Part shown: in pieces, positions 1 to 10,535 of the stretch
Layout: every line of letters starts with the position of its first letter
Position numbering within the stretch: the stretch's first letter is position 1
Virus record (IMG/VR): IMGVR_UViG_3300029448_000025
Span: 653 to 64,652 of that record
DNA length: 64,000 nt
Source: a virus
Lineage: Duplodnaviria > Caudoviricetes
Reading direction: 5' to 3' (one strand)
The notes under the pieces: generated by a model
Database searches by the model: none
What the model was told of the DNA's origin: nothing
The model's input: only the letters and a program-made list of their open reading frames with translations
Position numbers and translations under genes: made by a program

Positions 1-115
1 ACTTTAGCGAATCAGAAATTATGGCTACATCCACACCTGCGCAAAGAGGCTCATTCCCTATGGCGTGGCCTATCAAGGATTGCGACCTCCCGCACAGTGG
101 GCGCAGAGGTGATGC

Positions 116-3100
116 TTGATGGTGTCTTCGATAAACTCAAGAATCACACCCGCAGACTATGCGAAAGCACTTTATCAGAGGCGAGTCCAACAACTCAGGG
201 TCATGCGCCGTTGCGCAGTTATCACCAACGAGGAATACTTTAGCCTTGTCGAAGAGGCGCACAGTGCGCTTGAACTGGCAATTACTGAACTTAAGGGGGT
301 GGGCGAATGAACAACGACGAGTTCGCACACATACACGGCTACGGCGCAGACCCCTTCGGCAACGCAAGAGGTTTTGCCGACGGTTCAGGCGCAGTGGATA
401 TGGGCGCAGGTGTTCACGCACTCCCGCAAGAATACGACACAGTTCGACTGCCTGATGATTTGGGCGGGGCGTGGGTCTGCGTGGTTAAGTCGCAGATGAT
501 GCGATTACCTGATGGGCGCATTGGTCGCTATCTACATTTGACACATCCTGAAATTGACTGCATCGAGATGCGGGATGGTTCAGGGGCGCTATGGGTGCGC
601 AAACCCACACACACAGGAGGCGAAGAAGAATGAAAAAAATACCCGAAGACATGACCGAAGAAGAATGCCACGCAACCGAATGGCCCGTTTGGGTTGTATC
701 GGGCGACGGCGCAAAACGCTCTTTCGTTCATGAATCGACCGCAAGAAGTTATGCGCACCAGTTGAGTTTGCGCATGGCTTCGCACAGCATTGAATGCCAC
801 GCTAAACTCGGCGCAACATTTGAAAAACCTGACCCCGACGCAGACGGCGAAGGCATCATGCGCACATGGGAAAAGGATGACTTTGTTATGGCCTTCGCAT
901 TTGGATGGGTGGTCGAATGAGCAATTCGATGTTTTACACGGTTTTCAGTGATGCCGGAAACGGTTACGCAATACAGTTCACTGGACTCATGTTCGGTGAA
1001 AAGGTCAAGGACAGGCATATTGCGTTCTTTTCAGATGCGAACCACGCAGAGAAGTTTGTTGATGCAATGAATAGCAAACTCGATTCGCCATGCGCAGAAG
1101 ACTGTTTATGCGGTAGAGATTTCAAGGAGGTTTTTCAATGAGCGTAGTCGGAATGCTTCACATCAAATGCGGCAGTAAACTCTGCGACTACTCGGTTTTC
1201 TGCGTAGATGCGGCGCAATACCTGCACGACTTGGCAGAGATTGCCGAAACCCGCAGTGGACTATCATATCAATACCCTAAGCGGTATTGTCCGAACTGCG
1301 CCGCAATCCTGAAACAGAGAGGCGCAAAGACCGAACAAGAGCGTGATGAGGCGAAGGCCGCACGCATAGAGGGGGGGTGGGCGCAATGAGCAACCATAAT
1401 CACACAGAATCAGGACTTCGATTCCTGACGACGCTTTGGTTCGACCACGCATGGACTACGCATGAAACCGGCGGCTATCGTTGGGTTAATTTATGCGCAA
1501 TTGTTCAATCGGCTTTGGCTCAAGGAACCTCAAAGTCGGAGATACTCAAAGCCCTTGAGAACGGGATAAAAGCGGCAAATATGCCTAAAACAATATATAC
1601 TGGGGCCACAGTAGCCCAACCAACGGAGATGAGAAAATGAATATACCGACCGGATATGAAGCCTATAAATTGAATTGCACCGCAGGGGATGCCGTCGTTG
1701 GCGTTCTTTGCCGCCGACCTGACGGCGGAGTATCAGATTACCGCATGGTGATGAACAACCCCGCAGTTGATGGCGTATGCCCTGCTTGCGGTCGTGAAAT
1801 GCGTGAAGTCCAAAGCGGAACCTTCACCTGCTCATCGGGTCATTTGCTTGTCGTTATGACGAATACTCAAGCGACACGCCGAAAACTCGGAACCACGCAG
1901 AGCAAGCCAAAGGCTCGCAAAGCGGTTATGTTGCCTAAGCGCAAATCACCTGCGCTACCCGCACTCCGCACACATCAGACTCGCCTTGTTGCGCCGGTTG
2001 TCTCCGACGCAGAAGAAGACATGACGGACTTTGACCTCGATGCCGTGATTGATGCGGCGCTAAAGGAGAGGATGTCTTGAGCGATTTCTCTATGCTTTTC
2101 AGAACCGACGCAACCTTTGAGGTAGTCGAAGACGATTTGACCCTTGCGCAAATGCAGGGCATGGTTGGCGATTCTCGCGACCCTGAATACACCTCTCTCA
2201 TCGAATACTGCCCAGTAGTAGAAGGCGCACAGTTTCCCGTCAATGACCCGATTACCGGCGAGGTTCGCATGGCATGGGTGCGTGATGTTATCGCAGACGA
2301 AGAAGGCCGATTGCGTGAAAACACATGCAAAGCAAATGTTCTCGCTACATACGCAGTCTTTCAGGCTGTGCCACCATATGCGCCGTTTTGGATTGTCGGT
2401 GATGTCATCATCAAATTGCGCATGAAGGCCACGCACACGCAGGAGGAATCAGAATGACTACGCAAACGAATCATGGAGTAGCAGTAATGGCTCGACAACT
2501 CGCCGCAGACTATGCAGTGTGGCTTGGGAGTCATCGGGCCGCAGGTTTAGCGGAACTCTCAGATGGCATCAACCGAAGCATTCTTGCTTATCAGAACAAA
2601 TGCGTAGCCTATGTAGAACGGTTGCGCAAAGAAGGCGATTCTATCGCATTCCTGCTCTCCCTGCTCGATGATGAGCAAATGATGGCGTGGACTGCGCATA
2701 TCGGAGGTGAACCCCAATGATGTATATGTCGGCAGAAAACAAAGAATGGATGGCGCACGCAATTTTCCTCGGTGAAGACAACATGCACCTTTTCAGGGAA
2801 TCCCGTTGGGAATGGATTTCCGAATGGGAGACTGGTGTTTTCTACAAGGCGTATGTGCGCTTTGGCGGAATCGTGCCATACGAAAACGACGAAGCACTCA
2901 ACTGCGCAATCGAATACGCAGAGCAAAAAATCGAAGCGTGCTTTGAAGAGATTCGACGGCGCTTCAACTTAGGATAAATATATATGTGGCGACACTATCG
3001 GAACAAATACAGGAGACTGAAAATATGAATAACGAAAACGGAAACAGAACATGGACTGTAAAACTGAACAACCAAAAGAAGTTTGAATGTAATTCGCTTC

Positions 3101-4838
3101 AAAAGTGCGCATGGTGGGTAAACAACTCGCATTATCTGCGCATGAACCCTGACACCCACATTTCGATTTCATCGTTTGTAACGGGGGCTTCTGAATGATT
3201 ACTCTTGCAGACCTTTTGGGCGTAGTCGATGACCTGCGCCAACTTCAATTAGACCAAGTTCACAGTCTCGCAGATGAAGACACAGACCTTGACAATTACA
3301 ACCTCGGCCATGTGCGCACCATCATTCGCACTCTTGAGAAGCATAACAATCACCCGTTTGACTTCTCGGACACTATCGCATTCGCTAAGGAGTTGTTTGA
3401 ATGAGCGCAGAATCAGAATACACTTGTTGCATGTGCTACAAGGCAATTGACGCACACACGCATAACGGCGAAGTTTACTGGACTTCGGGCCATAATGCGC
3501 AACCGTTGGTTCCTCAAGACACCTCAGACGCAAGCATGGTTGAGCATGGGCGCTGTTGCGACTCATGCAACGGCATAGTCGTTCAAGTGCGCATGATGCA
3601 AGCCTTCGGACACCATGAAACCGCCGGTATGATTATCGGCATGTTCAGGACTGCGAAGACGCAGACAGACGCAATACTTGCGCACATGAAAGTTCTCTCT
3701 GCGCTAATGGCGGTGAACGAATGAATGAGTATAGTGCTATCAAGTTCTACGGGCTTATTGTAGCGAAGGGCATACCGTTCTCTACGGACACTGGTTTTAT
3801 TTCAGAAGACGGAGTTTCGCTTCATGCGCAAATCCCCGACTATGAAGCACACAGGCTACACCGCATGAACGCAAATGCGTGCGAGGTTCTCAAGGAAAAC
3901 CTCATTGATGCGTGGGAGGTTGCTACGCACCTAAAAATCATCACATACACATACCTGCAAATACGGGATAACGCCGATTTGCTCAAGAGCAGGGGGATTT
4001 ATTGCGACACGCAGTTTGAATACCTTAAGCACCTTCTAAAAGAAGGCGGTATGCGGGTAAACTATATCCTGCCATCCTCGGAATCGGAATCGCAGAGGGA
4101 TTTGCGCAGGGCGGAGTTTTTCTTGGAGTTGATTGTCGGCGTTCATTCAAAAAACCTCATCGTCGGTTCTCAACGCAAAGTGAATAACACTACTGCGCAA
4201 ATGATACCCTCGGCAATTGTTCCTGAAATACTTCAACCTGCGTTGGAGTGGGCTATGCGCACAGTGAACGGGATAACAAATACCTTCGACGCAAGCGTAG
4301 AAGACGCACTAATCAAGTTTGAAGAACTAAGCGACGAACACATGCCAACCGGCCCTGAACCCGACGCAGAAGAAAACAACGACGACCCAACAAGGGGGGT
4401 ATATTGAATGACTAAAATAAACGACTCTTATCACGCAGTAAAAGAACACATACTATTGAACGGCAGTAATGAACAGAGGGATATTATTTTACCTCATTTG
4501 GATAATCTGCTCGCAGAAACCCAACGCTTGCGCAGAGGCATTTTAAGCATCCTATCGGACTACGGCATCACTGAACTTATCCGTGAAGTTCCCGAAGAGG
4601 AAATGAACTTTGAGCAACGGGCATTAGTGAGAATAAAGGAGATGCTTGAATGAGGCGCTCATACAAGCCTAAGAGCCTGTTCCGCAAGCGTAAGCGCACT
4701 CGATGCCCCCGATGCGGTGAACTCGCCAACAGACGCACTAAAACGGTGGGAAAAACCTTTAGTCGCCATGAGGCGTTTCATTACATATGCAAAAATGAAG
4801 AATGTTCAATGATTGCGTTTAAACCGTCAATCACCTGA
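116..4838 (+). CDS. Early cluster of ~16 small hypothetical ORFs (116-310, 307-633, 630-920, 917-1141, 1138-1389, 1386-1640, 1637-2080, 2077-2457, 2454-2720, 2717-2977, 2986-3198, 3195-3404, 3401-3724, 3721-4407, 4408-4653, 4650-4838)
   Basis: Contiguous ORFs with ATGA/TTGA stop-start overlaps and GGAGG/GGGGGTG SD sites; several carry CxxC pairs. Confidence 0.75.
2077..2457 (+). CDS. DUF3846-like phage protein
   Basis: Pattern L..MQGMVG..IE...IADEEGRL...N.LAT...IVGDVII matches this family as I recall it. Confidence 0.65.
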   Translation: MSDFSMLFRTDATFEVVEDDLTLAQMQGMVGDSRDPEYTSLIEYCPVVEGAQFPVNDPITGEVRMAWVRDVIADEEGRLRENTCKANVLATYAVFQAVPPYAPFWIVGDVIIKLRMKATHTQEESE

Positions 4839-5044
4839 GACTTTATATTGTCTGACGAAGTGGGGTAGAACACGGAGATGAAAAAAATGAGCCTGAACAA
4901 AAAATATATTATTGCGCAAATCCTCTTAGAGATAAGAGAAGAGATGGATGAGTTGAAAGAAGAAGTTTCAGAACTTAAAGACATGAACTATAACTTACGC
5001 AGACATCTAAACAATACGCATGAAAAATTACAAGAGATGATAAA

Positions 5045-5578
5045 ATGAACCTATTTATCCTCGATGAATCACCAGTTTACGCCGCTATGTCATACTGCGA
5101 CAAGCATGTGCCGAAACTTATTGTCGAATGTTTTCAGATGCTTGGCTCTGCGCAACGGAGGCATGGCGCACAGGATGCAGACATGCCCCTCACATCGAAA
5201 GGCACGCCCCTGAAAGGTGGCTACGCAAACCACCCCGCAACCCGTTGGGTGGGCGCAACCAGTGAAAATTATATGTGGACTTGTTATCACGCCGCTATGC
5301 TCTGCGAAGAGTATGAGAAGCGGTTCGACAAAACTCACAGTTGCGCAGACGGCATCGAACACCTATACATGATGTGTGGGCGAATCCCCGTTGGCGACCT
5401 GACTCCTTTTGCGCAATGTATGCCTGATGAATACAAAATCGAAGGCGACGCAGTAGCGGCATATCGCGCTTACTACAAGGGCGAGAAGGCACGCTTCGCA
5501 AAATGGGCGCGTGGGCGCACTGCGCCGTATTGGTGGACTGATGATTGGATTTACGGAATCAACTATCCTATCATTTGA
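5045..5578 (+). CDS. Pyrimidine-dimer DNA glycosylase / T4 endonuclease V-like protein
   Basis: MNLFILDESP..AA...CDKHVPKL.VE..QML, NHPATRWV and Q.MPDEYK...AV.AYR.YY are typical of the phage denV-like family. Confidence 0.75.
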   Translation: MNLFILDESPVYAAMSYCDKHVPKLIVECFQMLGSAQRRHGAQDADMPLTSKGTPLKGGYANHPATRWVGATSENYMWTCYHAAMLCEEYEKRFDKTHSCADGIEHLYMMCGRIPVGDLTPFAQCMPDEYKIEGDAVAAYRAYYKGEKARFAKWARGRTAPYWWTDDWIYGINYPII

Positions 5579-5616
5579 TATACCGGAAACCCCTAATTAG
5601 GTCGAGGAAAACACCT

Positions 5617-5862
5617 ATGAGACCGAAACAAGTAGTAACGACGATTGAAATGTGCAGTGGATGCAACAAATACCCCGTATTCGATTGGGGCGGCTGTTGG
5701 ACTGAAGTATTTATATGCGACTGCGTGAATGAAAACGGAAACCGAAAGACATTCAGGATGCACGCAGGTAGAGATGCCGACGAATATATCACTGTCGAAA
5801 AGTCTGAATACGAAGCGAATTGCGCACAGCCATCCGAAAGAAAAGTCGGATTGTTCGACTGA
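5617..5862 (+). CDS. Small Zn-ribbon protein
   Basis: CSGC...C.C motif; a TTGATA box lies upstream. Confidence 0.5.
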   Translation: MRPKQVVTTIEMCSGCNKYPVFDWGGCWTEVFICDCVNENGNRKTFRMHAGRDADEYITVEKSEYEANCAQPSERKVGLFD

Positions 5863-5930
5863 GTTTACTCAGACACGCACACGCATACCCATCACCCCTG
5901 CGGGGGTTTGATGTTCCCTTCGGGGTCGCC

Positions 5931-5969
5931 GCCCTCACTCACGCCTCGGCGTGGGTGGGGGCTTTTTTT
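5931..5969 (+). terminator. GC-rich hairpin plus T-tract ending the early operon
   Basis: GCCCTCACTCACGC-CTCG-GCGTGGGTGGGGGC followed by TTTTTTT. Confidence 0.7.
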
Positions 5970-6033
5970 AATTTTCTTTTCTGCCGCCGGATTAGTGCGC
6001 AGGTTAAAGTGGGCATAGACCCCACGCTTTCAT

Positions 6034-6858
6034 GTGCAACCTTTCAGATATTGCGGCGAGTGGCTTTTCACATCTCCGCAAAGAGTTGTCGTTGAGCGAT
6101 TCTGCGGTTGGCGTAGAGGTGGCAAACGGCGGAGGTTTCAACCCTTTGCGATTCTGCGTGCCGGAGAACACCGCATCATCATTGACGGCTACAAACGGAT
6201 GTGGCAACTCATCGACGCGATACAGCCTGACCTGCCCCGCAGGATGGTTGATGAGGGGATGAAGGGCGGATTTCACATAGACGGCCACCCGTCGTTTGCA
6301 GATGACCTGCAATCGTTTTTTCTTGAATGCGCAGACCTGTATGTTTGCTTCGACTTTGAAAATGTGAAAATCGTCGAACCCAACAGCAACCAGTTGTTCA
6401 CGGGCATGAGCGCATCAGGTGTAAGCACGCAAAAACCACCAGAATTATTTTCTCCTGCACCTGTCGGCGGTGCATTTACTTCTGCGCAAATCCAACTGCC
6501 GTTCAGGACTGCCGATGGCATTTACCTTTTGCCGTCGTTGGTGGTCGGGGATTATCCGCATTTGGTGGTTGCGCAAAATCTAAGCGAGGGTGATTCCTTT
6601 TCATTCGACTCGCCAAGCCTGATTAGTAGCGTCGTTTGCGGCGCAGAAAACCTTGACGCAAGACCTCATCGCACACTAAAGCGGGATTCAAGGCAGGGAA
6701 TTATTTCAGATATTGAGCGCAGACTTTTTGATTTGAACGAGACAACATGGCGACCAAATCCTTGTAGAGAGCGAGAAGCAGGAGTGGGTATGACCTTCGC
6801 AGAAAGGGATTCGATAGAGTATGAGCGTGCTGTTCGGTTATTCTTTTCACTGGATTGA
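6034..6858 (+). CDS. Hypothetical protein (274 aa)
   Basis: Only long ORF in the interval; TTAAAG box ~30 nt upstream of the GTG start. Confidence 0.55.
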   Translation: MQPFRYCGEWLFTSPQRVVVERFCGWRRGGKRRRFQPFAILRAGEHRIIIDGYKRMWQLIDAIQPDLPRRMVDEGMKGGFHIDGHPSFADDLQSFFLECADLYVCFDFENVKIVEPNSNQLFTGMSASGVSTQKPPELFSPAPVGGAFTSAQIQLPFRTADGIYLLPSLVVGDYPHLVVAQNLSEGDSFSFDSPSLISSVVCGAENLDARPHRTLKRDSRQGIISDIERRLFDLNETTWRPNPCREREAGVGMTFAERDSIEYERAVRLFFSLD

Positions 6859-7046
6859 AGGAATTAAAAAAGAAATAATGCGCACACTAAAAGCCTGATT
6901 GAGTTATTCTTTATTGTTTCCTTAGAGATTAGAATTAAAGCGCCGATGAGAAGTATAGAATATAATTTAACACACCATAGTAAAGAATAAAGAATAGCGC
7001 AGACTTAAGCGCAGTCCATTGATTTATTTTTTCTCAATTCCTTCAA
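6855..7046. repeat. AT-rich palindromic element A (candidate replication origin)
   Basis: Terminal inverted repeat TTGAAGGAATT (6855-6865) / AATTCCTTCAA (7036-7046), internal AAAGAATAA repeats; homologous to 53432-53627. Confidence 0.65.
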
Positions 7047-7068
7047 AGACAAAAAAAGAATAAGCAGG

Positions 7069-7074
7069 TTTATA
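7069..7074 (+). promoter_or_regulatory. Archaeal TATA box, representative of many (also ~4842, 12823, 15447, 17921, 23406, 26519, 27243, 53659, 60894)
   Basis: TTTATA/TTTAA boxes, often 25-30 nt upstream of a start codon, implying leaderless mRNAs. Confidence 0.6.
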
Positions 7075-7098
7075 CCGACATTGGGTTTAGGGTATAAC

Positions 7099-7911
7099 AT
7101 GGCATGGAGATTAACGACCACAGGAGAGACAGATTTTATTTTGAGCGAGGCGTGCATGGATGCTACGCACATACTAATTACAAACATGGATGATTCAAGC
7201 AATTTGCCTGAGTTGTTGGTTGAACATATTATCAAAGACCGACACGGTGAAACGGGGAAACCGGATGGCTACATTACAAGCAAGCACGCCATGACTGCAC
7301 CGCATAGAGTTTTGAACGAGAAGAATAATATGTGGCCGGTTTATCTACGGGATAACACATTGTATATTTGCGTAGCATCCCCGCCGACTGTATCGCCTAA
7401 GACCAACAGAAACGAATGGTTGTTCAACTATCCACCTGCACGCGATATTGCTATGCACTTCAAGCACGCAGAACATCTATCTACTTTAAGCACATTTGCT
7501 CTCGACTCCTTATTCAAAGACCCGCCATCCGAACCGAATACCGAATGCGTATTTGTTTCCGCAGATGAGTTCGGAACAGACGATGCACCGCAGACATTAC
7601 AGGCAGTTTGGGCGTGGGCATCTCCGCAGGTATTCTCGCTATGCACCGATGAAACGGAATCGGGCGCATTTATTATGCGCAACGAACAACCAAGCAACAG
7701 TGATTCATTCCCGATTGAACCTGCCGACTTTCAAAATATGTGCGACTTGTTGCGTGAACATGGGTTTTCAATCCTTCATGGCACAGCAGATGATGCGCAA
7801 AGCGTATATATGGGTATGGCATCGGAGGCTTTAGAGCGCATCAACGATTTGGTGGATAGTGCCGAATTAGAAAAGCGAAAGCAACGATATTCAGGAGGAA
7901 TGTTTCAATGA
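7099..7911 (+). CDS. Putative PAC2-family (proteasome assembly chaperone-like) protein
   Basis: Order of motifs (HILIT..., LLVEHII, GYITS, WPVY, LYIC...PP, ARDIA, LSTLS) resembles archaeal PAC2; C-terminus GGMFQ is HbYX-like. TTTATA box at 7069. Confidence 0.5.
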   Translation: MAWRLTTTGETDFILSEACMDATHILITNMDDSSNLPELLVEHIIKDRHGETGKPDGYITSKHAMTAPHRVLNEKNNMWPVYLRDNTLYICVASPPTVSPKTNRNEWLFNYPPARDIAMHFKHAEHLSTLSTFALDSLFKDPPSEPNTECVFVSADEFGTDDAPQTLQAVWAWASPQVFSLCTDETESGAFIMRNEQPSNSDSFPIEPADFQNMCDLLREHGFSILHGTADDAQSVYMGMASEALERINDLVDSAELEKRKQRYSGGMFQ

Positions 7912-9206
7912 CCGATATTTTCGACAGGGTTCAGAAGTTCTGCGACGACAACCACTTAGTCGATGTTGCCGACAAAGTTCCCGTATTCCTATGTAGCATT
8001 GGCGCACATATGTTTAACGCAGTGAACAAATGTTCAATGTGCGACTTCGACCCCCTCACTGCGCCCGAAGGCTCATTTGTTATCGAAGACTGCCCTCTGC
8101 GCCATACCGACTACCCGATTTATACTCCCGCATCCCGACTCGCAGATACACGCATTAACATCCTCATCAGAGGACAGAAAGGTTCGGGAAAAAATGTATT
8201 ACTCGACTTGTTCTGCGCAGAAAACACTGGTCTTCTATGGAACAATGAGGCTATGGGTGGCGTTGGTTTTAGAACCATGATAGGCGCAAACAGCATCACA
8301 GAAGCAGGTATGTTCGGTTCGGTAAACGAAGACGGCGAGATAATGGGGCGACCACTTGCTCGCGATATGTGCGGTGGTTTCATTTGCTTTGAAGAGTTTT
8401 CAAGCATGAGCGACGCAGGGAAAAAAGACCACAGCATCGACATGAAAAATCAACTACTCACTTCTCTCGACAGTGGCCGAGTCAATAAGGCCATGAAAGC
8501 GGGATGGGTGAAATACAATACTCGTTTCACGCTATGGGCAGGAACTCAACCGGCTCGTTTTGAATTGGAGTCCGGTCTTGACCGTCGTTTCTTCATCATT
8601 GACATTACAATGACTCCTGAGAAGGAGTTGGCATACAAAATTGCGCAGAACGCCCAAGCATCTACGCCTCCTGCGAAGAGGGCGGCTTTAGCGTCTGAGA
8701 TGATAGATTTGCGCAAATGGTTCATTGACCGACAAGAAAAGACTATGGCTAAAAAACCAAAGGGTGTTGTTTTCGGTGAAGACTTTGAACAATGGGTCTT
8801 GCAGGAATCAGTGCGTAGTTTTGAGTCCGACTTGTTCCGCAGAATGGCTATCGGATATGCCATGATGCAGGGGGAATGGGTCGATAAGGAATTGTTGATG
8901 GTCGATTTAGACGACCGACTGCGTGGCATTCTTGAAGACACACTGAAAATGCGCAGAAATGTTATGGATGAAGACATCCGTTTGATTCGCACTACCTATT
9001 GGGAAAAGGATGTTCCCCGTTCCGTTCTCGTCAAAGACATAGCACGCCTTGTCTGCGACAACGATTACTCCGCTTCTAAGAGGTGGATAGAAGAACACTT
9101 GATAGGTCAAGCGTGGTTCTCAGAGTTTATTCCTAAGCGAGATGGCAGAGGTCGCAAAGGCGTAGTCTGCCGTTTCGGATTTGAGGATGGTGTTATGAAT
9201 GGTTAA
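7908..9206 (+). CDS. mcm: MCM-like replicative helicase (AAA+ core only)
   Basis: INILIRGQKGSGK (Walker A), ITEAGMFGSV, GGFICFEEF (Walker B), LDSGRVNKAMKAG..YNTRFTLWAGTQP, LDRRF follow the MCM motif series. Confidence 0.8.
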   Translation: MTDIFDRVQKFCDDNHLVDVADKVPVFLCSIGAHMFNAVNKCSMCDFDPLTAPEGSFVIEDCPLRHTDYPIYTPASRLADTRINILIRGQKGSGKNVLLDLFCAENTGLLWNNEAMGGVGFRTMIGANSITEAGMFGSVNEDGEIMGRPLARDMCGGFICFEEFSSMSDAGKKDHSIDMKNQLLTSLDSGRVNKAMKAGWVKYNTRFTLWAGTQPARFELESGLDRRFFIIDITMTPEKELAYKIAQNAQASTPPAKRAALASEMIDLRKWFIDRQEKTMAKKPKGVVFGEDFEQWVLQESVRSFESDLFRRMAIGYAMMQGEWVDKELLMVDLDDRLRGILEDTLKMRRNVMDEDIRLIRTTYWEKDVPRSVLVKDIARLVCDNDYSASKRWIEEHLIGQAWFSEFIPKRDGRGRKGVVCRFGFEDGVMNG

Positions 9207-9507
9207 GAAAGTAGTTTATCGAAAAATGATTGCGAACAAGCGCAGTAAATCCAAAACAGGAAAATACGCCGTATTCCTCGATGCGTGCGAGCGATACTTT
9301 CTTGAGAACGGCGCAGACAAAGTTTTCAACGGTAAAGACTTAGCCGCCGATGTGCGCACTACAAAGGGCCGAAGACTGTTCGCAGTTCCTCCGTTGCGTG
9401 GCGTGGCGCAGATAATGAGCGCAGATAAACAAAAGCGATTTATCAGAGTCGGTAATACCGGAGTCCAAACCTTTGCGTATGTCGGGGGTGGAGTCGATGC
9501 CGAGTAA
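9199..9507 (+). CDS. Small winged-helix-like DNA-binding protein
   Basis: Basic ~100 aa with YFLENG...DL...VAQIM..D..RF pattern; paralogous to the next ORF. Confidence 0.5.
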   Translation: MVKKVVYRKMIANKRSKSKTGKYAVFLDACERYFLENGADKVFNGKDLAADVRTTKGRRLFAVPPLRGVAQIMSADKQKRFIRVGNTGVQTFAYVGGGVDAE

Positions 9508-9757
9508 GAGAACACGATTCCTCAGATGGCGCAACAGATGCGTAGAATATCTCTTAAACAACGGAGAAGCGTTTACTGAAACACTTTTGGTAGAAGCAGG
9601 TTCGCATGGCAAAAAACCATCCAACATACCGAGCGCCTCGCAGATTCTCATGCGGGATGATAGATTTATCGGGGAGTATGAAAGTCAGTCCAACCAAAAT
9701 CTCATGGGTAAATGGGCCGCAAAACAGAAAATATGGAGGCTTGCAGATGAAGAGTAG
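9497..9757 (+). CDS. Small winged-helix-like DNA-binding protein
   Basis: YLLNNG...ASQILMRDDRF...IWRL; SD GGGGGTGG upstream. Confidence 0.5.
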   Translation: MPSKRTRFLRWRNRCVEYLLNNGEAFTETLLVEAGSHGKKPSNIPSASQILMRDDRFIGEYESQSNQNLMGKWAAKQKIWRLADEE

Positions 9758-10394
9758 AAAACAAATACAAGCACGCATAGATGAACTCAGTGCCATGAAG
9801 AACACCGTAGAGAGGTTTCATTTGATTGAGTCTTTGCGTTGGGTCATCGAGGACAACAACTGCCCTCTTTGCGCACACCGAGACAGAAAGGATTTGGAGG
9901 TTCAGGTTTTCAACGGCATTATCACCACCTCATACCTTGAGGCAAAATATAACTGGGAGGCAGGTCTTGTCGAAGAACACTTGTCGGAACACATGCAGTA
10001 TGACCCCGCAGAAGCATTAGAGGTGGAGAAGGCTCGCAGTGAAGCGATTACAACTCTCGATATGGCAGAGGATGTATTTTCACGCATAACAAAGTGGCTT
10101 GATGAATGGGAGGCGAAGAAAGACGCAGAAGGTATTGATGGTGAATGGCTATCTACCGCTACCCGACTTGTTGCGCAAGCCAACACATCGGTTAAATTGA
10201 TTGGCACATTGAAGAAAGAGATTGGCGTTGATTCGCAAATCCTTCTTGCGCAACAGCAAGTCAATGGCGTGATGGGCGTTCTCGTTGATGTTCTGCGCAA
10301 CGAACCTAAACTTCTCAACGATATGCAGTTGCGCCTCGGCGCTATGCAAACTCCCGCTACCGTCATTGATGATGGCGAATGGGAGGTTCTTTGA
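9747..10394 (+). CDS. Zn-finger/HTH plus helical protein, possible small terminase subunit
   Basis: CPLCAH...HLSEH followed by helical and coiled-coil segments; GGAGG SD at ~9735. Confidence 0.4.
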   Translation: MKSRKQIQARIDELSAMKNTVERFHLIESLRWVIEDNNCPLCAHRDRKDLEVQVFNGIITTSYLEAKYNWEAGLVEEHLSEHMQYDPAEALEVEKARSEAITTLDMAEDVFSRITKWLDEWEAKKDAEGIDGEWLSTATRLVAQANTSVKLIGTLKKEIGVDSQILLAQQQVNGVMGVLVDVLRNEPKLLNDMQLRLGAMQTPATVIDDGEWEVL

Positions 10395-10535
10395 TGGTTG
10401 CGCACCCGCTAAACAAGAAACTGCGGCAGTGTCAAAACTGCGGCCATACTACCGAAGCACGCTACGCTTCTCATAAAATCTACCAACCTGCTCTACGCAG
10501 AATGGTTTACTGCGGATATATGCGGGTGATTCGGG

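Noticed and set aside
3721-4407. C-terminal RGVY as a proteasome HbYX motif
   Set aside because: Tyr is terminal rather than penultimate; not enough support.
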